This document shows, piece after piece, positions 55,801 to 64,000 of a DNA stretch of 64,000 nucleotides; position 1 is the first letter of the stretch; each line of letters begins with the position of its first letter. Source of the DNA: Balanoglossus misakiensis (taxonomy: Eukaryota; Animalia; Hemichordata); assembly GCA_040954595.2 (NCBI GenBank), contig CM082593.2:4667434-4731433 (forward strand), in the 5' to 3' direction. The notes beneath the pieces are model-generated. The model was not told the origin of the DNA and made no database searches. It saw nothing but the letters and a program-made list of their open reading frames with translations. The translations under genes were made by a program, and so were the position numbers.

Positions 55801-58800
55801 TCCAAGTTACAGGGAGGCTGACAGGGGACAGAGAGAGAAATTAAAACGGGGCTAAAATTGCGTTGTAAGATAAAAACTGGATGGTACAAGATTAATTAAT
55901 TCCATCTGATTTTTCAGCACTACAAGAAAGCAGCAAAACGCATTTTTGACAAGGACGCAAAGAATTCTGTTGCTCTATTCCAAAAAAAAATACAGTTTGG
56001 CAGACAACAAAAATTATGCAGCGGAGGGCAGAGCGACCACAAACTGGTCAGTATGTATACATATTGAGATGGCATGGTCTCACTATGTTTGATTTTCTCA
56101 TTTTTTTCACACAAAAGCATTAGAAACTGTAGCACAATAAAAGCAGCTTGAATTTCAAAAGCATTGGAGACTATAGGAACCACATGATGAGCGATGATAG
56201 TGGAGACTATAGGAACCACGTAATGCGTGATGATAGTGGAGACTATAGGAACCACGTGATGAGCGATGATAGTGGAGACTATAGGAACCACATGATGCGC
56301 GATGATAGTGGAGACTATAGGAACCACATGATGCGCGATGATAGTGGAGACTATAGGAACCACGTAATGCGCGATGATTGTGGAGACTATAGGAACCACG
56401 TAATGCGCGATGAAAGCGGTTATAGGAACCACGTAATGCGCGATGAAAGCAGTTATAGGAACCACGTGATGCGCGATGAAAGCGGTTAACAATGAGGTAC
56501 GCTTGATGCGAGCCATGGTCACTGAGATGGGATATAATGAGTGATGACAATGGAAGCGTTGCTATAGGCTTTTGCTCACCAGTAACCACGTGAACAGTGG
56601 GGCTCTCTTTCGGCAGCCTGTCAGCTGTGAGCAGCGCCGTTTTCACCGGTTCGTTTTGACTCCGGGCAGGCATTGTAACAGACTTTGATGTTTTTGCGGT
56701 CGTCGCTGTCGTCGCTGTTTTTGATCGTGGTGATTGTGGTGGAGATGAAGGCATGACTGACAGTTTGGATGGCAGTGAAGTTTGGTGTTGATGTTGGGTT
56801 TGGGGTTTTGTTTGGGGTGATTGTGGTGGCGATGGAGGTGGGGGAGTAGATCGGGCTTCTCTTAGACGACGTTCTGAGATCGGAGAGAGAGAGAGAGAAA
56901 AACAGCAATGGAAATAAAAAGCAGATGGTTAAACAGGCCTTGGTGGAAGGTTAGTAAAACATATGGAAGTGAGTCAATAAAGCACTGACATGCAAGCTAC
57001 GATACATTATCAAAATCGTAAAAGGCAAACACTACAGGAATTTACATATGGTCAGTAGGCCATAATTTGACAGCTTCTGAGGTTGGATGTCACAGAACGT
57101 CCTGTACAATTTCACTTGTTATGTTGAACTTTGGCTGGGAAAATTAAAAAGAAGTCACTTTCACGATAAATCCCTCATTCGTACATACAACATCTTGAGA
57201 GCCTACCATACACTTGCATGTCAGTTTAACTTTGTTATATATCAAACAACCTAAGAACGAGGTAAAAAACAACAGCTGCACTTAATTACGTGAGAACATT
57301 GGCCCAATCACCATAAATGCCCCATTGATGATCATTGGTTAATATGATAACTGTTACAAGGTTCTACTCATCAGAAATCATCTTGCATCACTTAATGATA
57401 AACACACAAACACAAAGTCAGATGGACTTCACACTTCAGAGATTCACACAAGAAAACAGGAAAATCTATCGTATACATGTATACTGTGAATTCAGTATGA
57501 ATTCCTTTAAAAAAATCAACATATTATTTAGACTGTAGAATGTCACAAAAGTACAGTGTAAGTTGTGTTGGAAACAAATCATTTTGTTTCACACTTTTCT
57601 TCGCCGGCATCAACCTAAGAAAACTGGTGCAGCAAAGGGTAAAGTGTAAAATGATTTTTGACAAACTTCAGACTTGTATGTGAAAGTGGATTATATCTTA
57701 CAGCATCCCTCCAGAACTAAAATAAATCTTGCACTTCATCTGAAGTGAAATGGTTGTCGTGACAAGCATTTCAGATCATTTGAACTATTGGTGAAGATTG
57801 TTGTGAAGTGAATGTTTGTTAAAAAAAGGGGGGTACAGATTATTAGTGTTGAAGGGGACCAATCCATGCTGGTTATAATATGGGTACAGGGTACCAATGG
57901 GGGTTACATGTATTTGGGTATAAACGCACCCATTTAACATCTAAATAATTGTGTCACTATACCGGTACATACATGTATAGTATGAGAGGCTATTAGTTAC
58001 ACACCTGTGTTAGACTTAGTGTACACCCTTTGAATGGATTACGAAGAAAGGAGAAAGTCCATGTACAAGCTGTACAAGGTTGCCTAACTGGGAAAGGAGG
58101 GTACCCACTGCATAAGAGTTGAAGTAACCCTTTGTGTTATTTAGGGGACGGTGTATCTGCAATTCATGGGACACACTCCACGTTACATGCAGGGAGACTG
58201 GGGTAACACCACAAGAATGGACAGACAGCACGTATGGACAAACACTGTATCTTCAACACATACAAATGTACATGTAAGCACATGAACCAAATAAAAAGAA
58301 ACCCAATATAGAAATAATTAAACCAGGCATTTTTGAACAATCCAAACTGTTTATATGTAGTGCCATGCAGTTGTCACAATTTTCTGAAAAGGTTATTAAT
58401 TAATAAAAATAAAAATAAGCTGAAATAAAAATGTGTTCATAGACATGTTGTTTTCTCTTCACGATAAACAGAAATGCAACATAGAAAGCAAACTGTCCAA
58501 ACTGACGAGAATATTTCATGCATGATATGACTTTCATGCACGTATGTGATCTCTAGCGGAGATGGAGTCACTTCCAAGCAAAAACACGAGGCGTGGCCAA
58601 CTTGAGCTTGCAAGCACAGAATGTGTCGAGTGCAAACAGACTTTTCGCAGTCAAATTCACAAGCAGTGGTCAGTCACTCCAAGTTTGGAAAGGGGATGTC
58701 TCACCAGTCACGACATAGAGATTGGTGTTGGCTACTTGTGCTTGGTCTTCCGTGGGTCTCCAGCCGTGGGCCAGATCCTTTCTCGGGACGGGCGCAGGGA

Positions 58801-61099
58801 CCGGGGCCGTGGTGTGTGTCATTCCCTGGGGTGTTGTTGTTGTTGGGGGTCTCTGCTGCAGGGTGGTGGTGGCAGTGGGTGCCCCCGGCGGTGGCGGGGG
58901 TCTCTGCTGGTAGGTTTGGCCATAGGGGTGGGGCTGCGGTGGTGCCACTTCCCTTGGGGGTGGAGACATCACCGGTCTGAATCCCCTCTGCGGTTGATGG
59001 CCCCCAAGAGCTGCTCGGACAGGCAGGGGTGGCGTTGGTGGTGGTACCTCTCTTGGAGTGGGTGGTGTTGTCAAGATCTCGACAGACGAACGTCGAGGCG
59101 CAGCGGGTACTTGGTGGTGGCCTGCCCCTCTGAATGGCGCTTGATGCTGCCTGGGCTCAAATGCTGTCGGTGGTGTTTCCCTCGGAGGAGGGGTTGATGG
59201 TGGTATCACGCTCCTCGACGGGAGGGTGTGCATCGCCCCTCTCGATGGCAGGGTTGGCGCTGGAGGAGGAGGAGGGGTCGCTGGTGGTGCCATGTCCCTC
59301 TGAGGGGGCAACGCCGATGGTGATGTGCGCCACGGCGAAGGCAGCGTTCTTGGAGCTGCGTCTTCTGGAGGAGGAGGCGATGCGACTGGTGCCATGGCTG
59401 TAGGAGGAGGAGGGTGAGGAGGAGGAGTTGATGGAGTCACACGCCATGGAGAAGGCAGCATCTTTGGTTCCAAGTCCCTCGCAGGAGGGGCGGCAGTTCC
59501 CGGCTCCTTTGGAGGAGGGGGCGGAGATGTCGGTGGTACGCGCCAAGGAGATGGTAGCGACCTTGGTGCCGTGTCTCTCGGAGGAGGGTTTGCCGTCGCT
59601 GCTGTACTTCTGGGTGGTGGAGTCGCCAATGGCTGCATCTCGCGAGGCGGCGGGGACATCATTCTTGTGGGTGGTGATGGTCTGGGTGGTGGAATCACCT
59701 CGGGGTCCTGGTACATGACCGGCGTCATCACTCTGGCGGGTTGGGCCATCACGGGCGCCACTTCCCTGGGTTGTGGTGGGTTTGCCGAGCTCCTCATTGC
59801 TGTGGGAGGGTGAGAAGCCACAGGTGACATGATCTTAGGAGGAGAGGAATTCATTCTTCGCAATGGGATCTGCTCGCGGTCCTGGTATCTCACGGGCGTG
59901 GTGACTCTCATTGGCTGGGCGGCAATGGGCGTCATGGCCCTGGGAGGTTGCTCTGTAACGGGTGTCATTTCTCGCAGAGGTGTTGGGTCTGCCATGGGTG
60001 CGAGTTCTTTGGGTGGTGGGTGTCTGCTGGGTGTCATATCTCTGGCTGGTGGGTTTCTGGTGGGTGTTGGTGGTGGGTGTCGGATGGGGTTAAATTCTCT
60101 GGCTGGTGGGTGTATGGAAGGTTGCGTTTGGCCGGGGAATGGGTGAGTGGCGTATGTCATTTCCCTGGGAGGTGGGTGGGCTGAGGGTTGCATTTCTGCG
60201 GGTTGTGGGTAAGTGGAGTATGTCATTTCCCTGCGAGAAGGGTATCTCATGGGTTGCATTTCCCTGGGCGGAGGGTGTGCAGTGGGTGCCGTTTCTATTG
60301 GAGGCGGGTATGCAGAGGGTTGCATTTCTGGGGGTTGCGGGCGAGCGTGGGGCGCTATTTCCATTGGTGGTGGGTGCAGAACGGGTCCCATTTCACCGGG
60401 TGTGCTAGGCTCAGCTGGTGCATTACTCGGGTATTGGAAACCCTGAGGTGGGTAGGAGGACATGTTGGGTGTTACATCTCTCGGGGGAGGGGTGCTGGGA
60501 ACTCTGAATTCCTGTGCAGGCGGGGATCTGACGGGCGTCATTGCCCTGTGGGGAGGTGATATCACAGGTGTGACCTCTGCAACTGGCTGGGCACTCACGG
60601 GTGACATTGCCTCTGACCCGTGGTGAGATAATTCAGAAGGTGGCTCAGAACTCAATGCGGGTGGGTTAGTTTTGGCTGGGGGGCTAAAAGCAGGTTCCCC
60701 AGTCCCAATACCTCCCCGGGGTGGGTTAGTTGGTGAATACAGAAGACCCCCAACGTGTTGAGGAGGAGGAAGAGGGGGAGGTGGTCTTGGTGGAGAATCT
60801 TCATCTGTGATTAATGGTTGAAAAATAAAGTATCATTAAGAACGGGGTCGAGGGTATACATGTAAGTAGAACTAAAATATTAATTAAATGAATAAGAGAC
60901 AACCATTGTTATTCCACACAAACATCCTCTTTAGTCTTAAGAATTGTGAACTGTCACATAATTGATGATGGTGGTGGTGGTGGTGGTCATGGTGATGATG
61001 ACGGGGATGATGATGATGATGCTGATGACGATGATGATGATGATAATGATGATGATGATGATGGCAGTGGTGGTAGTCATGGTGATGATCACGGGGATG

Positions 61100-61173
<74 letters not shown>

Positions 61174-63921
61174 AATTAAACAATAACCAATAAACCAGTT
61201 GTAAAACACATTATATAAGAAACATGAATGGAATGAATGGTTTTATATTCAAAATTATATGGATAACATTTGCTCATTTACCAGTAAGTAGTAATAAGGG
61301 AAATTATCTCGCCACAATGATGTGTCTATACGCAGGTTGTCACATTCTATGTTGCCTGGGAAACTGACGTACAGACATTAGTATGGTAACAAACGCTGCA
61401 ATTAGATGTTAAATAGTCACAACTGAAAGAGAAAATTATGGCTCTCCTGACATTCCATCAATACCAAGAGACATAAAGATTTAACAATGTGAAAGATGGT
61501 AGCTTTGTTCCTTTAAATAATTAGTCACTGATGATCCAGCAACTGGGCAGAAATTTAAGCGACGTTACCTACCTCTGTTGTGTTGTAATAAAGTGATGGT
61601 TGGACTGACGGTGGAAGGCAGACCGCTGAGGTGTGGTCCGTTGGGCTGATGCTTCACGAAGCCTTTGTTCTGCGTACCTGGCAGATCGGCCAGTTTGAAG
61701 GGCTCCGGTGCGGGTGGGGCCGGGGGTTCCTCTTTGGGGGGAGGGGTGGGAGGCCTCCATGCGAAACTCTCTTGCGGTTGTGGTGGTGGAGGTGGTGGGG
61801 GTTGCGTATCCTGCAAAGAAAGCAGAGATCACTGATAATTATACAATGCTGTCTATTAAACTGAGCTTTTACTGGAGGTGTGAAAAAAATTAACACTTAA
61901 AGGTATACGGTCACCTATGGAAAATTAGCTACAGTTACCATGGTAAACTTGAGATCTAGCCAATCACGGATATTCAGTGGGTGGCACACGCGAAAAAAAG
62001 AGCGCCACCATATGTTCTTTAGAACGCTTAAATACGCCATTTCAGCCATATATGGGTGTATGTAAATTGGAGGTGACTGTATACCTCTAAGAGAAGTGCC
62101 AAACTAAATGTATGAATAAACTACAGCTGACTAAGTTGCGATGAAGAATTAATACTTTACAGAAGGTGTTTGGAAAGTTTCAGAGTTACCAGTCAAGGAG
62201 GGTATTAAAACCCAGTAGGTTGTCTTGCCCATGAAATAAGGTGACATGATGAATCTAACTACATCAGACTATCTTTCATATAAACGATGCCTACTGCACA
62301 AGTTGTGTGAAGGAGATTACACTATGGTATATAAGACGTAAGTGCATGTGTGTGTTTACAATACAAGTGGTTACAACTTACAAGCATGCAAGCCTACGTG
62401 TAATGGGCAAGGGGTTGGCTGGAAATAAATCTTACCTTTTCATCAGATTCCTACACAATGCAGCCAAAATTAAAAATAAAACACCCAGAATTACTTCCTC
62501 ATGCTTTAATGGGTTTGTGGGTTCTGTTATCAAAGTTTTATGGAACTTCTTTCACCATACAAAGTTGAAAGGGGGAAACATGCACTGAACATACCAGGAT
62601 TTCAGTATGCAATAACACAGCATTCTGCGTCGATAACGTTCACCGTTAGATATTTACACACAATCTGCAGAGATGCTCCAAATGTCAGCTATGTGACCTG
62701 CCAGTGTTCGGTTTCCTGACACAACTACATAAATGCTGTTTACTCCATCAATGCATCTTCAAACTACATCTCAGATGGCGAGAGCTAGATGTTACCAGTG
62801 ATTGACAGGGTCGGGCCAATAATAACAACTGCCTGCTATCTCTATACTACCACATTTTGCCAGTATCTGATACTTTCAGCAAATCTACACAAAAAAATAG
62901 TTTCTTCCTGCCATTAAGAAATCCTCCATCTGCACCAAAAACTAGCTAGACCGTAATTTCTCATCAACAGAAAATTATCAAATAAGAGATCCACTATGGA
63001 TACAACGATGACTTAATTACCTTAGGCTTATCTTTTGGTTTCTCATGGTTCAATTCGACCCTGACAGGTCTATACCCTTTTTTCGGTGCGTCTCCACCAA
63101 ATGGTTTCCAGACCGGGGCAACATTGAAGTTGGCATCCCTCTCTTTTTCATAATTATCGCCCGAAATTGGGTTAGACGGTTGCCCTGGTGTCCAGACACC
63201 TGAAAAAGGAGAAATCAAAATTGCTTCAGAATTTCAAATTAATGTAAATACTTCTGACACCTGAATAGTCAAATACAGGAGATGTCTACATTTAATACAG
63301 AATACTGATTCCACTGAAGCAAAAAGTTCAAAATACAGACATGATGCAATGTTAACAAAACACAAGTACAGGTATCTATGGCTGACAAACATGGTCACTT
63401 CCAATTAACAAAAGGTGATATCAGGGATTTTTGTAAGAAGCGCAGCGAGCTACCGTAGTCGTGTTGCAAATGAGAGGTGATGTTTAAAGGATTTCCAAGA
63501 GAATGAATTGATTCTGCTCCAAATAAAAGATGATGTTAGAAGTTAAAAAAAAGGGGACAAAATTCTCCTAAGAATGAGAGATGTTAAAGGCTTTCGAAAA
63601 GAGTGAACCTATCCTGCTTCACCCTGTACGCAGCAAAATGCTCCTTCCTGATCTAAAGTAAATCCTGACTCGATCAATCTCACTGACACATACCTGGTTT
63701 GGGCGCTGATAAACTGGCATTCACTTTGACAGGTGCCGGTGGAAGAGGCTCGTGATTAGTCACGACTTCAGCGTTGTATGACGGTGGAGGTGGGGGTGGT
63801 GGCGGTGGCGACAGTTCTGACGGTGAAGTCACTGTTGCCGGTGACGTGGGATCTGTGTACGCATTCTGTTGCACAGCGACTGGGCTGACTTTGGCAACAG
63901 TTGTCGACTCATCAGCCATAT
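12768..63921 (-). CDS. SORBS: Sorbin and SH3 domain-containing protein (SORBS/CAP/ArgBP2/vinexin family), spliced gene, 5' end probably outside the window
   Basis: SoHo domain ([19 protein letters not shown]|[19 protein letters not shown]); family motifs [25 protein letters not shown] and [13 protein letters not shown]; three C-terminal SH3 domains. 26 GT-AG exons with matching phases sum to 11,795 nt. Confidence 0.93.
12965..13156. repeat. About 75-bp imperfect direct duplication in the last SORBS intron
   Basis: tggttgcaatgta.gggcaat.ctgattggacaatttc..tctgaac.ctcttaaatg.ttgagactgt.caatta at about 12965 and 13081. Confidence 0.85.
13169..13368 (-). CDS. SORBS: SORBS exon, Pro/Gln-rich linker with poly-Q
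   Basis: tttctcag acceptor, gtaagt donor, 200 nt phase 0 to 2; [14 protein letters not shown]...PPPPQQQ...PPPVQE. Confidence 0.88.
13671..13843 (-). CDS. SORBS: SORBS exon, linker with poly-Q
   Basis: atttcag acceptor, gtaagt donor, 173 nt phase 1 to 0; [20 protein letters not shown]...QQQ...RPR. Confidence 0.88.
15329..15440 (-). CDS. SORBS: SORBS exon, SH3 domain 2 C-half
   Basis: [37 protein letters not shown]; ttttccag / gtgagt. Confidence 0.95.
15754..15864 (-). CDS. SORBS: SORBS exon, SH3 domain 2 N-half
   Basis: [37 protein letters not shown]; cacgcag / gtacac; 111 nt phase 0-0. Confidence 0.93.
15976..16090 (-). CDS. SORBS: SORBS exon, SH3 domain 1 C-part
   Basis: [38 protein letters not shown]; tttctcag / gtgagt. 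Confidence 0.96.
16239..16288 (-). CDS. SORBS: SORBS exon, SH3 domain 1 N-part
   Basis: [17 protein letters not shown]; ctttacag / gtaagt; 50 nt phase 0 to 2. Confidence 0.92.
16930..17103 (-). CDS. SORBS: SORBS exon, coiled region before SH3-1
   Basis: [42 protein letters not shown]...SQE; the RRH...ITNERF motif is typical of SORBS1/2; gtaagt donor. Confidence 0.9.
18229..18320 (-). CDS. SORBS: SORBS exon
   Basis: ttcgttgcag / gtgagc; 92 nt phase 1 to 0; [31 protein letters not shown]; bridges the phases of flanking exons. Confidence 0.8.
20849..20999 (-). CDS. SORBS: Candidate alternative first coding exon of a short SH3-only SORBS isoform
   Basis: GCCAGCCATG start context, in-frame stop shortly upstream, [29 protein letters not shown]...ESD-G|gtagta; phase 1 fits exon 18320; CpG-rich surroundings. 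Confidence 0.5.
22886..22987 (-). CDS. SORBS: SORBS exon (symmetric, 102 nt)
   Basis: tcttcacag / gtggac; [34 protein letters not shown]; phase 1-1. Confidence 0.75.
23894..30358 (-). CDS. SORBS: SORBS giant symmetric exon (6,465 nt, 2,155 codons), mostly disordered Ser/Pro/Arg-rich
   Basis: Uninterrupted 2154-aa ORF inside the gene on the same strand; acceptor atttcacag at 30359 and donor G|gttcag at 23893 give phase 1-1; the 5' boundary is less certain. Confidence 0.82.
32703..32908 (-). CDS. SORBS: SORBS exon with the [12 protein letters not shown] motif
   Basis: ttatccatag / gtaagg; 206 nt phase 2 to 1; [14 protein letters not shown]...[25 protein letters not shown]. Confidence 0.88.
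35216..35274 (-). CDS. SORBS: SORBS exon (59 nt)
   Basis: ttatttcag / gtaagt; [19 protein letters not shown]; phase 0 to 2, required to join 39095 to 32908. Confidence 0.8.
36223..36317. promoter_or_regulatory. Tandem array of five CArG/CArG-like boxes (21-22 bp period), candidate SRF enhancer
   Basis: TCAAATATGG 36223, CCAAATATGG 36244, CCAAATATGG 36265, CCAAATAGGG 36287, CCAAATAAGG 36308; three perfect CC(A/T)6GG. Confidence 0.6.
37711..37889. repeat. Long (GAT)n microsatellite
   Basis: Direct inspection; explains the poly-M/H/I ORFs. Confidence 0.95.
39095..39212 (-). CDS. SORBS: SORBS exon with the [13 protein letters not shown] motif
   Basis: tatccacag / gtaagt; [39 protein letters not shown]; phase 2 to 0. 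Confidence 0.92.
40640..40731. mobile_element. MITE family B copy (inverted)
   Basis: tcaccccc..tagaggtccaa..ggaccaaaccatggtggtgaaag is the reverse complement of the family consensus. Confidence 0.6.
44231..44277 (-). CDS. SORBS: Candidate alternative first coding exon ([15 protein letters not shown]) for a SoHo-less isoform
   Basis: ATG plus 47 nt ending AG|gtgatt; phase 2 fits exon 39212; lies in a CpG-rich patch. Confidence 0.45.
45947..45983 (-). CDS. SORBS: SORBS micro-exon (37 nt)
   Basis: gttttaacag / gtaaga; [12 protein letters not shown]; phase 1 to 2, needed to join to exon 39212. Confidence 0.78.
46699..46761 (-). CDS. SORBS: SORBS 63-nt repeat exon C
   Basis: ttcattctag / gtaggc; [21 protein letters not shown]; phase 1-1. 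Confidence 0.82.
47681..47743 (-). CDS. SORBS: SORBS 63-nt repeat exon B
   Basis: ctctctgcag / gtacat; [21 protein letters not shown]; phase 1-1. Confidence 0.82.
47874..47964. mobile_element. MITE family B copy in the intron between 63-nt exons A and B
   Basis: ggtccaaatccattgttt..ctggacctctacaaagg..ggggtgtaagagttaa. Confidence 0.6.
48065..48127 (-). CDS. SORBS: SORBS 63-nt repeat exon A
   Basis: cttcccacag / gtgaga; [21 protein letters not shown]; phase 1-1. Confidence 0.85.
49781..49800. repeat. Poly-G run (20 nt)
   Basis: Direct inspection. Confidence 0.9.
51319..51394 (-). CDS. SORBS: SORBS exon, SoHo domain C-half
   Basis: ttcctgtag / gtaagt; [25 protein letters not shown]. Confidence 0.95.
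51772..51968 (-). CDS. SORBS: SORBS exon, SoHo domain N-half
   Basis: ttatccacag / gttagt; [19 protein letters not shown]...[20 protein letters not shown]; phase 1 to 0. Confidence 0.94.
53978..54088 (-). CDS. SORBS: SORBS symmetric exon (111 nt) ending VVT
   Basis: ttttaaccag / gtgaga; [37 protein letters not shown]; phase 1-1; not in the ORF track. Confidence 0.75.
56166..56485. repeat. Minisatellite, 7 x 36 bp plus 2 x 33 bp
   Basis: Unit ggagactataggaaccac(a/g)t(a/g)atg(a/c)gcgatgatagt repeated head to tail. Confidence 0.95.
56580..56873 (-). CDS. SORBS: SORBS symmetric exon (294 nt) ending VVT
   Basis: (CT)n tract then ctcag / gtgagc; [18 protein letters not shown]...ESPTVHVVT; phase 1-1. 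Confidence 0.78.
58705..60804 (-). CDS. SORBS: SORBS large proline-rich symmetric exon (2,100 nt) ending VVT
   Basis: aatcacag / gtgaga; [13 protein letters not shown]... continuous with the 661-aa ORF; phase 1-1. Confidence 0.82.
60964..61170. repeat. Compound (GAT/GGT)n microsatellite with internal duplication
   Basis: Direct inspection; ggtggt.gtcatggtgatgat.acggggatga occurs twice. Confidence 0.92.
61573..61810 (-). CDS. SORBS: SORBS exon, Pro-rich with SPTITLLQ
   Basis: tctttgcag / gtaggt; [11 protein letters not shown]...[11 protein letters not shown]; phase 0 to 1. Confidence 0.85.
61901..62086. mobile_element. MITE family A copy, Kolobok-like (TTAA|AGG termini)
   Basis: TIRs aggtatacggtcacc ... 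ggtgactgtatacct flanked by TTAA / CTAA; second copy at 5190-5375. Confidence 0.8.
63021..63199 (-). CDS. SORBS: SORBS exon
   Basis: ctttttcag / gtaatt; [10 protein letters not shown]...[34 protein letters not shown]; phase 1 to 0. Confidence 0.85.
63694..63921 (-). CDS. SORBS: SORBS most 5' exon visible (228 nt), contains a PPxY motif
   Basis: ttattacag / gtatgt; (D)MADESTT...[10 protein letters not shown]...APKP; phase 1-1; the ATG at 63919 may or may not be the start. Confidence 0.82.
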
Positions 63922-64000
63922 CTGTAATAAAATTAAATCAACATAAATCAAGGGGGGTGTGCTTTGATTCGCACGCTTCAATCATCTTTGTTTGCTTACG

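Noticed and set aside
56166-56485. 36-bp repeats as a CRISPR array
   Set aside because: Units are head to tail with no unique spacers, there are no cas genes, and the context is a eukaryotic intron
58562-60559. Many plus-strand ORFs (also over 24036-29888, and alternative-frame ORFs over 6622-8135)
   Set aside because: Antisense or off-frame shadows of GC-rich real exons

Overview
Eukaryotic, intron-rich animal DNA, most likely a non-vertebrate deuterostome (an inference from gene content and sequence style). Two convergent muscle/Z-disc scaffold genes fill the window. (1) Plus strand 6649-8142: a 497-aa protein encoded in one coding exon. It combines myozenin/calsarcin-type N- and C-terminal motifs (including a C-terminal ETDDL PDZ ligand) with a synaptopodin-2-type core. 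(2) Minus strand, from beyond 64000 down to 12768: a SORBS-family gene (CAP/ponsin/ArgBP2/vinexin) with a SoHo domain and three C-terminal SH3 domains. I traced 26 phase-compatible GT-AG exons by hand (11,795 nt, about 3,930 aa if all are included). They include a 6.5-kb and a 2.1-kb symmetric exon, three tandem-duplicated 63-nt exons, three exons that all end VVT-G|gtgag, and several candidate internal first exons. Non-coding features are a helically phased array of five CArG (SRF) boxes in a SORBS intron, two TTAA-type MITE families, a 545-bp inverted-repeat element, a 36-bp minisatellite and microsatellites. No RNA genes, CRISPR arrays or autonomous transposons were seen. Vertebrate motif comparisons are from recall, not database searches.
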